From Takakia lepidozioides (Eukaryota > Plantae > Bryophyta): a DNA stretch of 64,000 nt. The DNA lies in the NCBI GenBank assembly GCA_030704615.1, contig CM060733.1, positions 29,760,001 through 29,824,000 on the forward strand, given 5' to 3'. The notes beneath the pieces were generated by a model. That model made no database searches. It was given only the letters and a program-made list of their open reading frames with translations, and was not told where the DNA came from. How positions within the stretch are numbered: position 1 is the first letter of the stretch; every line of letters starts with the position of its first letter. The position numbers and the translations under genes are program-made. Below, piece by piece: positions 38,301 to 50,186 of this stretch.

Positions 38301-40299
38301 ATGGGAGCAGGCTGTTTGGTCTTTTTAGAGATATAAAGGTCAAGGCATTTAATATGCTCGAATGTGGCTGCAGGTCCATAGAAAATGGAAGCACCCCAAA
38401 GCAGCAGCAGGGAGATATGTACAACACAAAAGTAGTTATTGGAACTACACGCTCCAAGAGAATGGTACATACACAGGCCTGGGTTCTACAGTAGTCCATA
38501 GCTTCGAGGGCAATCCTGCATGTCTGCTGTGCTTTGGTAACTATGAGGAAACTATAGAGCATTGTCTTACCAGCTGCCCCTTGGCAAGTCAGGTCTGGGG
38601 ATTGATTTCTGCCTTCTAGAGGTCCCTTCTTTTATGTCATTGCCATGACGGGATACTCTGATATTCTCTGTTGTCATGGCTCAACTTCGTCCATGAGCCT
38701 TTTGGCCCCATATTTCTTTCTTTCTCTGTCTCTGGGCCTCATGTGGGTTTGAGTATTTAGTTTCTTCCCCAGGATGTGGTCTAGTTCAATATAAATGCCA
38801 GCACTTCAAATCAACTTTGTCAGTGAGCTGTGCATAAGCACACAGCAGTTTTAAGCCAAACATTCGGTGGCTGATAACCTTATGACAACAAGGACTCCAG
38901 GATGCTATGTTTGTGGGGTCTGCCTTAAAGATTACACCAAAGCCAAGGTTGACGAGTTTACTTTTTTCTTGGCCTCTCTATCCCCACCTCTCTAATGGCT
39001 GATAGTAGTTTACTCTAGGATGCAGGTTTAGATACCAGATGCCTCTTTTAAGGTTGTGGTTGGGTGTTAGTTCTGAAGTTTGCTGCTGTGTTGAACCAGG
39101 TAAAATCTGTTCAATGGGTGGCGGATGCCATGAAGAAGCTTACAGGCAGTTCGCGATATGCTCGCCCGACCTCCATTGATGATGAACCATGCATTACTGG
39201 TAGTGTTGCTGGAGACATGCCCCTGATAGGGGGGGAAGCGACACTGATTGATGGACTACACACTGTGGATAGCGGTGGAATACTGATAGGGACAACAGTG
39301 AAGCTCACTAAGGAGCTTCCAGAGCCAGAAAATGCTGTCCCTGGGAGCTCAGAAAAACTTATAATACGACTCAAGCTCAGCAAGCAGAAGAAGAAAAAGA
39401 AGGATAAAAACCACCAGCATCACAATGAGCAGGAAAGGGGGCCAGGCACTCATTCGAAGGTTCATGGAAGTGATTCTTTGCTGGTTACCCCCTCAATGCC
39501 CCCAATGCTCCAGACACAGACTGGGGATGTAAGCATGCATATACGCACACAAGACGAGTTTCCGCTGCAAGAAGCACGAAGTTATTCCATGGTTTCTTCA
39601 CCTTTTCAACCTCCTCCAGCATCAGCACCATGCAATCCAGCAGTTGAAGTACTAGATCTTCCAGAACAAGGTGAGATGCAGGGTAATGTAGAAGAGGGAG
39701 CACGCATGCAGATGTGTGAATCTGGTGAACTTGATGGAGGCAGACAGGATGAGGTACACCAGAGTACTCATGGGTCAAAATCACAGGTAAAGGATAGGGG
39801 GTGCACACAGATTGAATCTAGAGGGGAATCAGTGGAGCCACATGCTGCAGCTGCACATGTGATTGAGGGAGGGGCAAGTGCATCAATGGAGTCAGGGATG
39901 ATTGTGAAGGAGGAAGCCATGAGGGAATCATGTCAGGCTATGGAGACAGACTTTGCAGCTACGGCTGAGGAGTGTCATGGCCGCGAGTTCGGGGCAGAAT
40001 TGGATGCATACAAACAAGCCAGGAGAAATGATAAGGAAGACATTGAGATGGGTGTTGTTACAGTAGATGCAACTGTGAACGAGATTTTAGGTCCAACAGA
40101 AGGGTTCGTGGAGATAACACCTTTGTTAGATTCAGAGGACCAGCTCTTCACAATGTTGAGGCAAAGGGCATTGAAAAGGGGTAGGCCATCTTCTGCCTTC
40201 AAATTTCTACCTGTAGTGGGTGGCGATGCAAATCCGATCTTTGGTCGGGTTCGCAGACCAGAGCGGCTGCACTTTGCATCCGGAGAAATCATGGGGTAG
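29373..40299 (+). CDS. IDM1/ROS4-family Agenet(Tudor)-TDBD/Jas-PHD-GNAT histone acetyltransferase, about 1577 aa, 11 exons: 29373-29468, 29963-32056, 32300-32429, 32816-32904, 35124-35362, 36000-36086, 36522-36621, 36933-37134, 37649-38090, 38893-38947, 39100-40299
   Basis: GT-AG junctions keep one open frame (4734 nt). Motifs: VEV...GSW and DAWWEG (Agenet), LLSWLLD...CGCC...FESHCG (TDBD), [25 protein letters not shown] (PHD), second [52 protein letters not shown] (GNAT). The start codon (29373 or 29394) and exons 9-11 are less certain. Confidence 0.88.
33100..35040 (-). mobile_element. Two tandem 5'-truncated LINE remnants in intron 4 of the IDM1-like gene
   Basis: 33100-33470 is similar to 34370-34720. 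RT-thumb motif [13 protein letters not shown]...[11 protein letters not shown], and a GA-rich tail at about 34330. Confidence 0.75.
38440..38700 (+). mobile_element. L1-type LINE fragment (zf-RVT) in intron 9
   Basis: [28 protein letters not shown]. Confidence 0.65.
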
Positions 40300-42944
40300 G
40301 AAGATTCCCATCAAGAAGCCAGGACCCAAGGTTTAGAAGTGTAAGAGAAGACTGGCAGCCAGCGCTCGTGTGCCTCAAAACTCAAGAACCGTTACTTTTG
40401 GGAGGTAAGCTGCAAAGCAGGGGGTATTGTCATTTTTGTTGAATGTAGTATAGACTCTCAAGAGCATGCACTCTTTGTACAGAGGCCTTTCTCTCCTTGA
40501 ATTTTTCTTTCTAAGCCCCTCAGTTTTTGTTACTGATATTTCAACACCAGCTTGCACCCTGGTTAAAACAGTGCTGAGCTTGAATCATCATTTGCTACTC
40601 TGAACCTTTATATTCCCATTTTCTTAGAAAGTGAATAAGAATCACATTTTTAGTACCCTGAACTATTTTTACGACTGCAATTCAGTAGCGATTGGCATAT
40701 CTGTCATTTGATTCTGCAGAGTAGAATTGAGGAGAGTAGCATGTGGAAATAGCCACCTGCCTGATCCTGCAGGGGCATGCTAGCCTGATGCCACCACTTC
40801 ATTCTCTTGATTGTGTTAGCAGCAATCACCTTTACATCTGCCCAGCCGAGCCAAGGGTCCAGCCAAGTTCTACACAGATTATGAGGCCATGTTTTTGTGG
40901 ATCTTCACCACCAAATTGAGGACGAGATAATGTTACAGGTGTCGTCGATACGTACTTTTCTTTGAACCCCCAACTATACTGAGAGGTGTTTTGGTGGTGA
41001 AAGGAGAAGACTGAAAGCACTATTTTAAGCAGTACGGTTTCTTCTCACAGGTGAAATATTCTGCTGAAGATTGGTCTGGACCTAGACAAGGTATTGGTGG
41101 GAACTCTTTGCATTTATCAAGTACCTTGAAGGGGCCTATGAAGGTGAGTGTTTGTGAGGGAGAATTTAGAAAATAGCCGTGACGGCTTTACTTCACAGAC
41201 GCCACCGTGTCCCAACATGTCATGATCACTTCCTGGTTCAGTGTTGAAGCAAGAATGATCTGCGGGCTATATACTCGCGGTTGCAGTTTGCTGGACCAAA
41301 CCATGTGCTTCAGTATTTGGCGGGTATGGGTAAAATACTGTAGATTCAACCAAATCTTATCAGTTTCATTGAGGACAAGGGACAAGCGGGTGGCACCACA
41401 AGAGATTGGGAAAGTGACTCCTTGTATCAGCTAAGCTCTACATAGATCATTACATCATGCTACTGCCCATGAAGGAGGTTGCCATTGTTCACCACAAAAT
41501 GTCCTTAGCATTTTGCAGCATGCTCAACCCTTCACTTCATTTGTTGAGTGATGCTCTACTACAATTACAGGTTGTACTCTATCTCAGAAACCAGTCAAGT
41601 CCTGTGGTGCTTATAACACCAAAATGCAACTTCCTTGTGTGATCTTTCACCCACCATCTTACATTCAATTGTTGTTTGTGGAGTGACTTAAGATGATACT
41701 TCCACCGGGCCTAGTCTCTAGCTGAGCGGAAACTCCACTTGAGCAGACAATGCTGAGGGTTGCACAATGCTTTTCTATGCAGTGATTACTTTACTTGCTT
41801 ATGTGTACAAGGTTCTTAGTCTGCAGAGGAATGCCCATAATGGCATCTAGTCGGCAGATCCTGCTCTAGCTTGTTGTGAAGTCCACGCATCACCCTCATA
41901 TTCTTATCACCATCAAACCCCTGTACTATGTAAAAACGACAACGGAGCCACACAGAAAAGTCATGTTTTGGAGAATCATTCCCCTGATTTTGTTTCGTGA
42001 AGGAAACACCCCGGAACAATTGAAAGGTTGCAAGGATTGTATGTGCAAGGGTCAAAGCTGTTATGATTTACCAGGTACCCTTGGATTAGTGTCCGACACA
42101 ACTGACTCAACTTTATGGAGTTGAGGAATTACACAGCGAGACACAGATCGGATGATGGGAATTTGTGAGGATTAAGACATCACAAGAAGTCGGGGGAGTC
42201 TGCAGCTTACTAATGTATCTATGTGCAGTCCTGCGCTTGTGTTGAAAGTATGAGTGCGAGCCAAGAACTGGCAGTGATGGTGGTTTTTTCTAACTCTGAT
42301 TTGTACCATGCAAATGTCCTCTGTAGCCATGGCGCAACCGAGTGTAGTCGAGCAGCCCGCTTTGTTGACAAGTTCGGGAGCTCACTTAAAAATTCCTGCT
42401 GGAAATAGGCCACGAGGGCATACAGCATGCAGGCAAGCAACAGATGACAGTACATTGAAGGATTCACCATAACCTGCAATCTATAAATCGAAAGGTTTGG
42501 AAATCTATCGAAAACAAACGATCGAAACATGCACCTTTGCTAGGGGTGACTTCCACACAGACAGACATTTGGTTTCCATATCTCGACGTTCGAGCGCCCG
42601 GTCAAATGGGACTTCAAGTGAGGAGCAAGTGTTACTCGCTATCAAGCATAGTATGCGGAAACACCATGGGAGCCATGGTGAATTGGACTACTGCAAGTGA
42701 TTTCTGTACCTGGGCCGGGGTGACTTGCCAAACTTTGTTGTTTGTGGGACTGGATTTGTTAAGCATGCACCTGCGGGGCACAATCACACCCCTAAATCGG
42801 CAACCTGACCTTTCTACAGGACCTGTATCTTGACAAGAATAGTTTGACAGGTCAAGTTTTCTGTTCTGATTTTGGTTTTTACTCGAGGGTAACGGTGTTG
42901 GTCAAGCCTGCAAAATTGTATATTTGTTTACTCTCTGTCCTGAT

Positions 42945-45900
42945 TGTTAGAATTATCAGACCTTCCTGCAGCGCACCGTCCGGCTAATTAAGCGAACTTT
43001 AGTGATGTCCACACGATCACCGACTCTATAGGAGCACAATTATTGATTACTTAGGAGTAGTTGGTATTCTTTGGCTCTTCTACTTAATTGAGCCCTTTAC
43101 ATTTAGTAGGCTTAGTGGTGCCACTTGTGTATATATTGCTGGCCTTACTCTGGCAGTATAGTTGTTGTATTCCGGTTCTAGATCCTTGGCTGTATAGTGC
43201 TCTTCATTTTTAACATGGTATCGGAGCTAGTCAGAAGGGGACCGTGGGAATGTTGAAAGTTTTAGAGGTACTAGGAAAACCTCTGGTATGTAGCACTGCT
43301 CCACCATCCGTACGTTGTTGTAGACAGGGAGTCTTCATCATTTTTTTTAAAGTCTTTGTGGAGCACTGCTCCAAAGCAATAGAGTATCTGTCGACTCTCG
43401 TAGTGTAGTGTCTGTATGACCGTTGACGTTGACGTGTTCTCAGAAAAAATGTTGCCATCATGTCTCATCTCGTAGAAAGCTCTATCACCGAGGCCAACAA
43501 GCTTATAGGTTAGTCAAACTACAGTGTCTGGAAGTTTAAGATTCGTAATATTCTTATGAGAGAAGATCTTCTTGACTTTGTAGAAGAGGATGTGGTCAGG
43601 TGAAGGTGAAGAAGAGGTTTTCGATCGTCATAAAAGAAGGGCTCTCACGATCATAAACTTGTCTGTCTCCGACAAGATCATCCCTTACATCCAAAACTTG
43701 CGAGAACCCAAGGAGATTTGGGACACCTTGTCAAGGCTGTATGAAGTCAAAGCCTCTTCTCGTAGATTACTCATTAGGAACAAACTGACGAACCTCAAGA
43801 TGGAGGAAGATGCTCCAATGGAGAGCTTCCTAGAAAGTGTCAAAGATCTCCTGAATCAACTTGCGGGATTTGGTGAGAAAATTTCTGATGATATCATTGT
43901 GGAAATGGTATTAAATGCTCTCCCTGAAAGCTACGAGTTTTATGTGCAGTCAATACTCGGTCAGAGGGACCTTTCATCTATGGAAGAGCTTATAGCTAAG
44001 CTTCTTCATGAAGAAAGCAGACGTGAACTCCGCAACAAGAAGAAGGATGAGAAGCATTATGGGTTAACATGCTCGCAAACACTTTGACGATGACAAGGAG
44101 CTTGGAGGTGGGAAACAAGCGTTTGACAAGAAGCGAAGCAGATGCAACCGCATGCGGAAGGTTTGGGCACTGGGCAAAACATTGTGCTGTGCCATATGAA
44201 GAAATTCTCAAACAACGAGCCAAACAAGTGAACGCGGTAGAAGAGGATTGTGAATCAAACGAGAGTGACAAAATATTTCATGGCTGTCACAGAGGACTTC
44301 AGCAGGATGACTTGGGTATATTTTCTAAAGAGCAAGGATGAAGCACTTAAGAAATTTCGAATCTTTAAGGAGATGATCGAGACAACCACTGAAAAACGGA
44401 TCAAATGTTTGCGCACGGATCGTGGAGGAGAGTTCATCTCTCAAGATTTTGTGGACTACTGCAATACACATGGCATTCAACGTCAATTAACTCAATCTCA
44501 TACGCCGCATCAAAATGGAGTCGCAGAACGTAAGAATCGCACTCTGCTTGAATACGCCTGAAGCATGATTTTGGAGAAAGATATACCTAGGCTCCTATGG
44601 ACAGAAGCTGTCAATACTGCGGCATACTTATTAAATCGCTCCCCCATGAGAGCAAACTCAGGTGTGACTCCATACAAAAAATTCTCAGGTGAAAAACCTA
44701 ACTTAAGCCATCTTCGTATCGTTGGATGCCTTGCTTATGTTCACATTGCCAAGGAAGACAGAGGCAAACTAGATTCTAAATCAATCAAATGTATATTTGT
44801 TGGCTATGATCAATCAACAAAGGGATACAGGTTGTACAACTCATATTCTCGTAAGGTTATTATCAGCAAGGATGTCCATTTTGATGAGGAAGAATCGATT
44901 ACTGTACAAGATGTTATCTCCACAGAAGATCCTGCTACTATATCCATCATTCCCAACAATACACCTGAGTCACCACCTGGCATTGACATTCATGTGGATT
45001 TGCCGATAGATCCATCTTTGCCTAACATGAAACTTGTCACTGATGATGACACTAGTATGACACAGGCACAGGCCCATGAATCTGCTCCTATAAATCTGAA
45101 AATTGTTCCACCGGCTACAACAGAGACTCAAGAGGAAGAGGTTATCCAACCTAGAAGATCCAAGAGAACAACGAAGAAACCTGCATATCTAATGGATGAT
45201 TATGTGAATGCGGTAGAGGTCCCTTTTGAGCCAGCTAATTTTGAGGAGGCATCTAAATCTTCTGGGTGGAAAGAAGCCATGCAACCGGAGATTGATTCTC
45301 TTTATAAGAATAGGACTTGGCAACTAGTCGACCTTCCTCTTGGAAAGAGGCCGATAACTGCCAAATGGGTTTATCGTGTGAAGAGAAAAGCAGATGGTTC
45401 TACAGACAAACTCAAGGCGCGTTTGGTAGCTCGTGGATTTCAGCAGACAGAAGGAATAGACTTTGAGGAGACATTTGCACCTGTCCTAAAATGGGGTACT
45501 ATAAGGGCGGTGGTTGCCCTTGCTGCACACTCAGGTTGGCCTATCTACCACTTGGACGTAAAACCGCCTTCTTGAATGGGGAACTAAAGGAGGAAGTGTT
45601 TATGGAGCAACCACAGGGATTTGCATCACCAGGGAACGCATCAAAGGTATGTAAGCTGCTCAAGGCACTATACGGCCTCAAACAAGCTCCGCGTGCATGG
45701 TACTCAAAGATAGATACGTACCTAAAATCGCAAGGCTTGTTTCGTAGCAACGCAGATTACAATCTCTATTACATGCGTGAAGAAGGCAATGGAAAGATTG
45801 TGATGCTTATTCCCTATGTTGATGATCTCTCACTGGGAATCATACCGAGAAGGTGGAGTGGCTAAGGACTCAACTCAAAAGTGCGTTTGATATGACAGAT

Positions 45901-47056
45901 CTTGGCCTCATTAATCTTTACCTAGCAGCAGAGTTCATACATTTGCATAATGGGATCATGTTGACACAACGTGGTTATATCAAGAAAATGCTGGAGGAAT
46001 TTAATATGGTTGACTGTAACCCTCACTGTGTTCCTATGATAGAAGGCTTGAAGCTGATCAGTGACATGGGAGCACCAGCGATTGATGCGACCTTGTACAG
46101 GCAAATGGTGGGAAAATTAATCTATTTAACAAACGCTCGCCCAGATCTAGCATATTCTGTAGGGGTGGTGAGTCGGTTCATGTCGAAACCCCAACAAACC
46201 CACTTGGAGGCAGTCAAGCAGATATTCAGATACGTAAAGGGAACGGCTGATTTTGGGTTGTTCTTTGAGAAAGGCACAGATGACATCCTAAACGGCGTCA
46301 CTGACGCAGACTGGGCAGGAGACTCCGAAAATCGCCACTCAACAACTGGCTACATATTTCGTCTTGGGCAAAGTACTATCACTTGGTGTTCAAAGAAGCA
46401 ATCTACTGTGGCTTTGTCTTCGACAGAAGCGGAATATCGTGCCCTTGCTGAGGGTGCAAAAGAAACGGTCTGGTTGAGATTTCTCATGGCTGAGCTCGGA
46501 TTTTTGGGACAGGAACCCACAACACTACTATGTGACAACCAATCTAGTGTGAAAATCGCAAAAAATCCTGTGTTCCATGCACGCACTAAACATATAGAGG
46601 TTCATTACCACTATATTTGTGAAAAGGTAGAAAATGGAGAAATAGATCTAGTTCATGTAGCAACTGGTGATCAAGTAGCTGACGTATTGACAAAACCACT
46701 CGGCAGAACGAAGTACTCCAAATTTAGAAGTGAGCTTGGGGTTTGCAGTCTCTCTGAAGATGTTGCCTCGTAGTGACCGTAAGGTCTGAGAGGGGGTGTT
46801 AGAATTATCAGACCTTCCTGCAGCGCACCGTCAGGCTAATTAAGCGAACTTTAGTGATGTCCACATGATCACCGACTCTATAGGGGCACAATTATTGACT
46901 ACGTAGGAGTAGTTGGTATTCTTTGGCTCTTCTACTTAATTGAGCCCTTTACATTTAGTAGGCTTAGCGGTGCCACTTGTGTATGGCCTTACTCTGGCAG
47001 TATAGTTGTTGTATTCCGGTTCTAGATCCTTGGCTGTATTCTCTTCATTTTTATCA
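42945..47056 (+). mobile_element. Ty1/Copia LTR retrotransposon (Copia-2), internally deleted (no protease or GAG-pre-integrase)
   Basis: LTRs at 42945-43215 and 46797-47056, TSD CTGAT, PBS TGGTATCGGAGC at 43216-43227, PPT GAGAGGGGG. Confidence 0.95.
43460..46773 (+). pseudogene. Copia-2 gag-pol remnant
   Basis: UBN2 gag and CGRFGHWAKHC, then a jump at about 44270 to KYFMAVTEDFSR, followed by RTDRGGEF, KARLVARGF, SSTEAEY and ADVLTK. Confidence 0.92.
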
Positions 47057-47471
47057 CTGATACCTGCATGTTTGTCATCGCCTTTTGTCAGGCAACATAC
47101 CCCTCGAGTTGGGAATGTTGAGCCACCTTTTGGAGCTGAATCTGGCCACGAATAAATTAATTGGAAGCATACCTTCCTCTTTGGCCAACTGCACATCCCT
47201 ACAAGACCACCTTGCAAGTTTTGTGGGTTCATATCCACACCGGTGTAGTTACACACTTTTTACGTTCACTACGAATCGGTAGCAATACTAAAGGTATACT
47301 GGGCTTGCTTATGTGCTGTTGCTACAATCCTGTTGTGTTTTGCGGTAGATCTCATGGGCATGTTCCTGGCAACTATTATGAGTTATTTCGTAGGGCAGTG
47401 TATAGATATTATCGATCTTTGCATTGCTCGCAGTCGCTGCTTGCAATCATGTATAGGATAGTTGCCGAGTA

Positions 47472-48501
47472 TGTAGAATTAGCTGACTTCTACAGCTCGA
47501 GGACCGTAAGACGAGACAATACAGAACGACAGCAGCAACTAATCACAGGATCACCTACAACTAAGGAAAGAATTAGTCAGCTACCAACTAACTACTAAAT
47601 AGAGATGACGGTGGAGTAACTGTTGACGGTGGCGGTGCACCGCCGCTCATCTAGCTACCATCTGTGTGAGTAACATCTAGGTAGTAGGCTTAACTAATGC
47701 CACATGAAACTAGTTGACTACTGAGGACTGACAAGTAAACACTGCACTTGGTGAATTAACAAAGTAAACAATAACTAGCTGGTTGCACTAAAGATTCAAC
47801 ATCCCCCCTCAGTCCTCATACAGCCTGCTTTCAAGATGTCGAAGACCAGACATTCCAAGACTCTCTCTGAACTTCTCCAATTTTACCTGTCCCAACGGCT
47901 TTGTGAAAATATCATCAACTTGTTCGCAAGTTGGCACATGGATTAGATCAATCTCCTTGCTTTCAACCTTCTCGCGTATGAAGTGGTGGTGCACTTCAAA
48001 ATGTTTCGTCCTTGCATGGAATACAAGGTTTCTTGCAATTTTGGCGCTACTCTGGTTATCGCATAGGAGAGTGGTCGATCCTTCTCCCAAGATTCCGATT
48101 TCCTCCGAGAGTCTCCTCAGCCAAGTTGCCTCTTTGGCAGCTTAGTAAGAGCCCGGTATTCTGCCTCCGTAGGACCGTAAGACGAGACAATACAGAACGA
48201 CAGCAGCGGGCACTATTTAACTAATCATAGGATCACCTACAACTAAGGAAAGAATTAATCAGCTACCAACTAACTACTAAATAGAGATGACGGTGGAGTA
48301 ACTGTGTGGAGTAACTGTTGACGGTGGCGGTGGTGGCGGCGCACCGCCGCTCATCTAGCTACCATATGTGTGAGTAACATCTAGGTAGTAGGCTTAACTA
48401 ATGCTACATGAAACTAGTTGACGAGGACTGACAAGTAAACACTGCACTTGGTGAATTAACAAAGTAAACAATAACTAGCTGGTTGCACTAAAGATTCAAG
48501 A
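47472..48501 (-). mobile_element. Mini Copia (Copia-3): two LTRs flanking only the RNase H C-terminus
   Basis: LTR copies at 47472-47801 and 48171-48501, PPT at 47802-47808, CDNQSS..FHARTKH..DIFTKPLG. TSD GAGTA/GAGTG, and the empty site CCGAGTGG is at about 52604. Confidence 0.88.
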
Positions 48502-49762
48502 GAGTGGTAGTGTGGAGACCTGGGCCCTTTCACTTTTTGAATTCAAATATTTCGACAGTTGTTCAACTCCGTTCCACAGAAACCAAATTTCGTCCAAAGT
48601 TGAGGGACGAATCGAGGCCTTGTCGTCTCGTCGAATACTTCCGTTCCCCTAAACCCTAACAATTTCTCTTACCAGGGGGGCACTTTGGATATCACCAGGC
48701 CCTGTGGATGTGTCCCATTAACCCGAACTCGTCATCGCCCAAATATTCATCTGAGTCTCTAGAGAGTGCATACGACAACAATAAATTTTATGATCATGTG
48801 AATCTCTTGAAGGGCTCTTTTGCATGCGAATTGCAGACTGTGAATCTGATTTGTAGAAACGTTGTGTAGGTGAATCTGTTTGTGGAGGATGGTGAAGTCT
48901 AAGCTTGTCCATCGGGACTCCGACCTAGGGATTATGACGGAGCAGCGTGCCTGGACCACTGATTAACCTCCTGGTGCCTATTTGAGGGAAATTAGTTTAG
49001 GCAAGCTGCTACTTCACAAGCTTCTTCATAAGTTTTACACTCTGGATGATGATGTCAATCCACCGCCTTTTCCCTAGATCTCTCTTTCCATGGAGAGATC
49101 TGCTTCCCTCCTGCGTTTTCACAAAGCTCTGGCTCTGGCGCCCGCCTCAATGAATCTAGATTATTACATGAACAACCTGCAATGCGTCAACTTGACTTCG
49201 CTGGAAAAGAGATTCTTAGTGTAAGGAAGAGCCAACATCAATTGTTTGACAATACTAGATTTTGGAAAAAGAATGACATGATTCTGTTTTTGGACTTCAC
49301 TGCTGTTCATTGCAGTATAATACTAACTATGATATTCTAATATATGATGGGTTGGTGAGCTATGTCTGGCCATTGTCCGTCTGCCTCACTCGTATATGAG
49401 GTTTAGAACTAAATAATTACAAGTATAAATTCTTCCAGATTTTTGTTCCAACTGGTAGCAAGCTTGTTTCAGACAAAGGTGATTTTTCATAAATTAACCC
49501 TAGGCTCGCAACAATTTTTGCTCATCAATGAGCTCACCTCTTAATATTTCAGCCTTAGACGCAGTCGGTGGCTCCATAATCTATTCAAGTGTATGATCAT
49601 TCCAGCTCCCTACAACACTGGTACCGGATCATGACGGAAGACAGTTAAGTATTCACTCACTACTATATGCATTTTACCAGGAGGACAATAATCTGTATTC
49701 AGGAACGGTTTTATTGTGCAGCTCAATTCGTCTGACTGAACAGTCCTACCAACAAAATAATA

Positions 49763-49884
49763 ATCCCATATCGAATGCCCGTAGCCGTGCACTCTCGCGA
49801 TATAAAGCCACCGTGCAGTGCTACTACCTACGGGCGGTCTAAGATCCGAGTGGATCCTACCGATGCCCTCCAATTCTTTTTTTT
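49763..49884 (+). ncRNA. Candidate type-3 Pol III unit A1: USE, TATA, about 50-nt RNA, T8 terminator
   Basis: ATCCCATATCG at 49763-49773, 27-nt spacer, TATAAA at 49801, hairpin-forming GGGCGGT...GATCCGAGTGGATC...ACCGATGCCC, T run at 49877-49884. Confidence 0.5.
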
Positions 49885-50039
49885 GGAATCGGGTCCTTAT
49901 GGGACCCACCCACGAAACCCAACTTGCACTTTCTCGCCATTGCCCACATTTACGCTTGCGAGTGTGCGAGACTAGTCGTAGTGCCTAAAGAAGAATGGAG
50001 CCCAGTGTATCACCCGAGAACCCTACGAAGAAACTAATA

Positions 50040-50186
50040 ATCCCATATCGAGTGCCCCGAGTCGCACACTTGCGAGCTATAAATGAAGCGCCACGCCGCG
50101 CGATCAAATGTGGCCTGCAACGCTTAAGACTCGACTGCGTCCTGATCCGTCGTCGGTTCACCCACGCAAAACCGAAACCTTCTTTT
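50040..50186 (+). ncRNA. Candidate type-3 Pol III unit B1 (about 80-nt RNA)
   Basis: USE-like at 50040-50050, 27-nt spacer, TATAAA at 50078, ends TCTTTT. Confidence 0.45.

Larger units (their letters stand above)
42620..47207 (+). pseudogene. LRR receptor-like protein/kinase fragment (exons about 42620-42850 and 47092-47207), with Copia-2 in the intron
   Basis: EEQVLLAIK, NWTTASDFCTWAGVTC, LRGTITP..GNLTFLQDLYLDKNSLTG | GNIPLELGMLSHLLELNLATNKLIGSIPSSLANCTSLQ. Frameshifted and truncated. Confidence 0.8.

Noticed and set aside
39019-39025. 7-nt micro-exon to restore the IDM1-like frame
   Set aside because: The 55-nt exon at 38893-38947 restores the frame with a sensible Cys-rich peptide and a branch-point-like site.
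40800-42600. Short ORFs and an exon-like piece at about 41051-41143
   Set aside because: No recognisable domain or consistent gene model.
48640-48665. Telomerase RNA template (CCCTAAACCCTAAC)
   Set aside because: No USE/TATA upstream; more likely an isolated telobox.
50107-50186. Hammerhead ribozyme or tRNA-Leu gene in the Pol III candidate bodies
   Set aside because: CTGATCC does not fit CUGANGA. The GTGGCC..GCGGTCTAA and GGTTCA similarity to A/B boxes gives no cloverleaf or acceptor stem.
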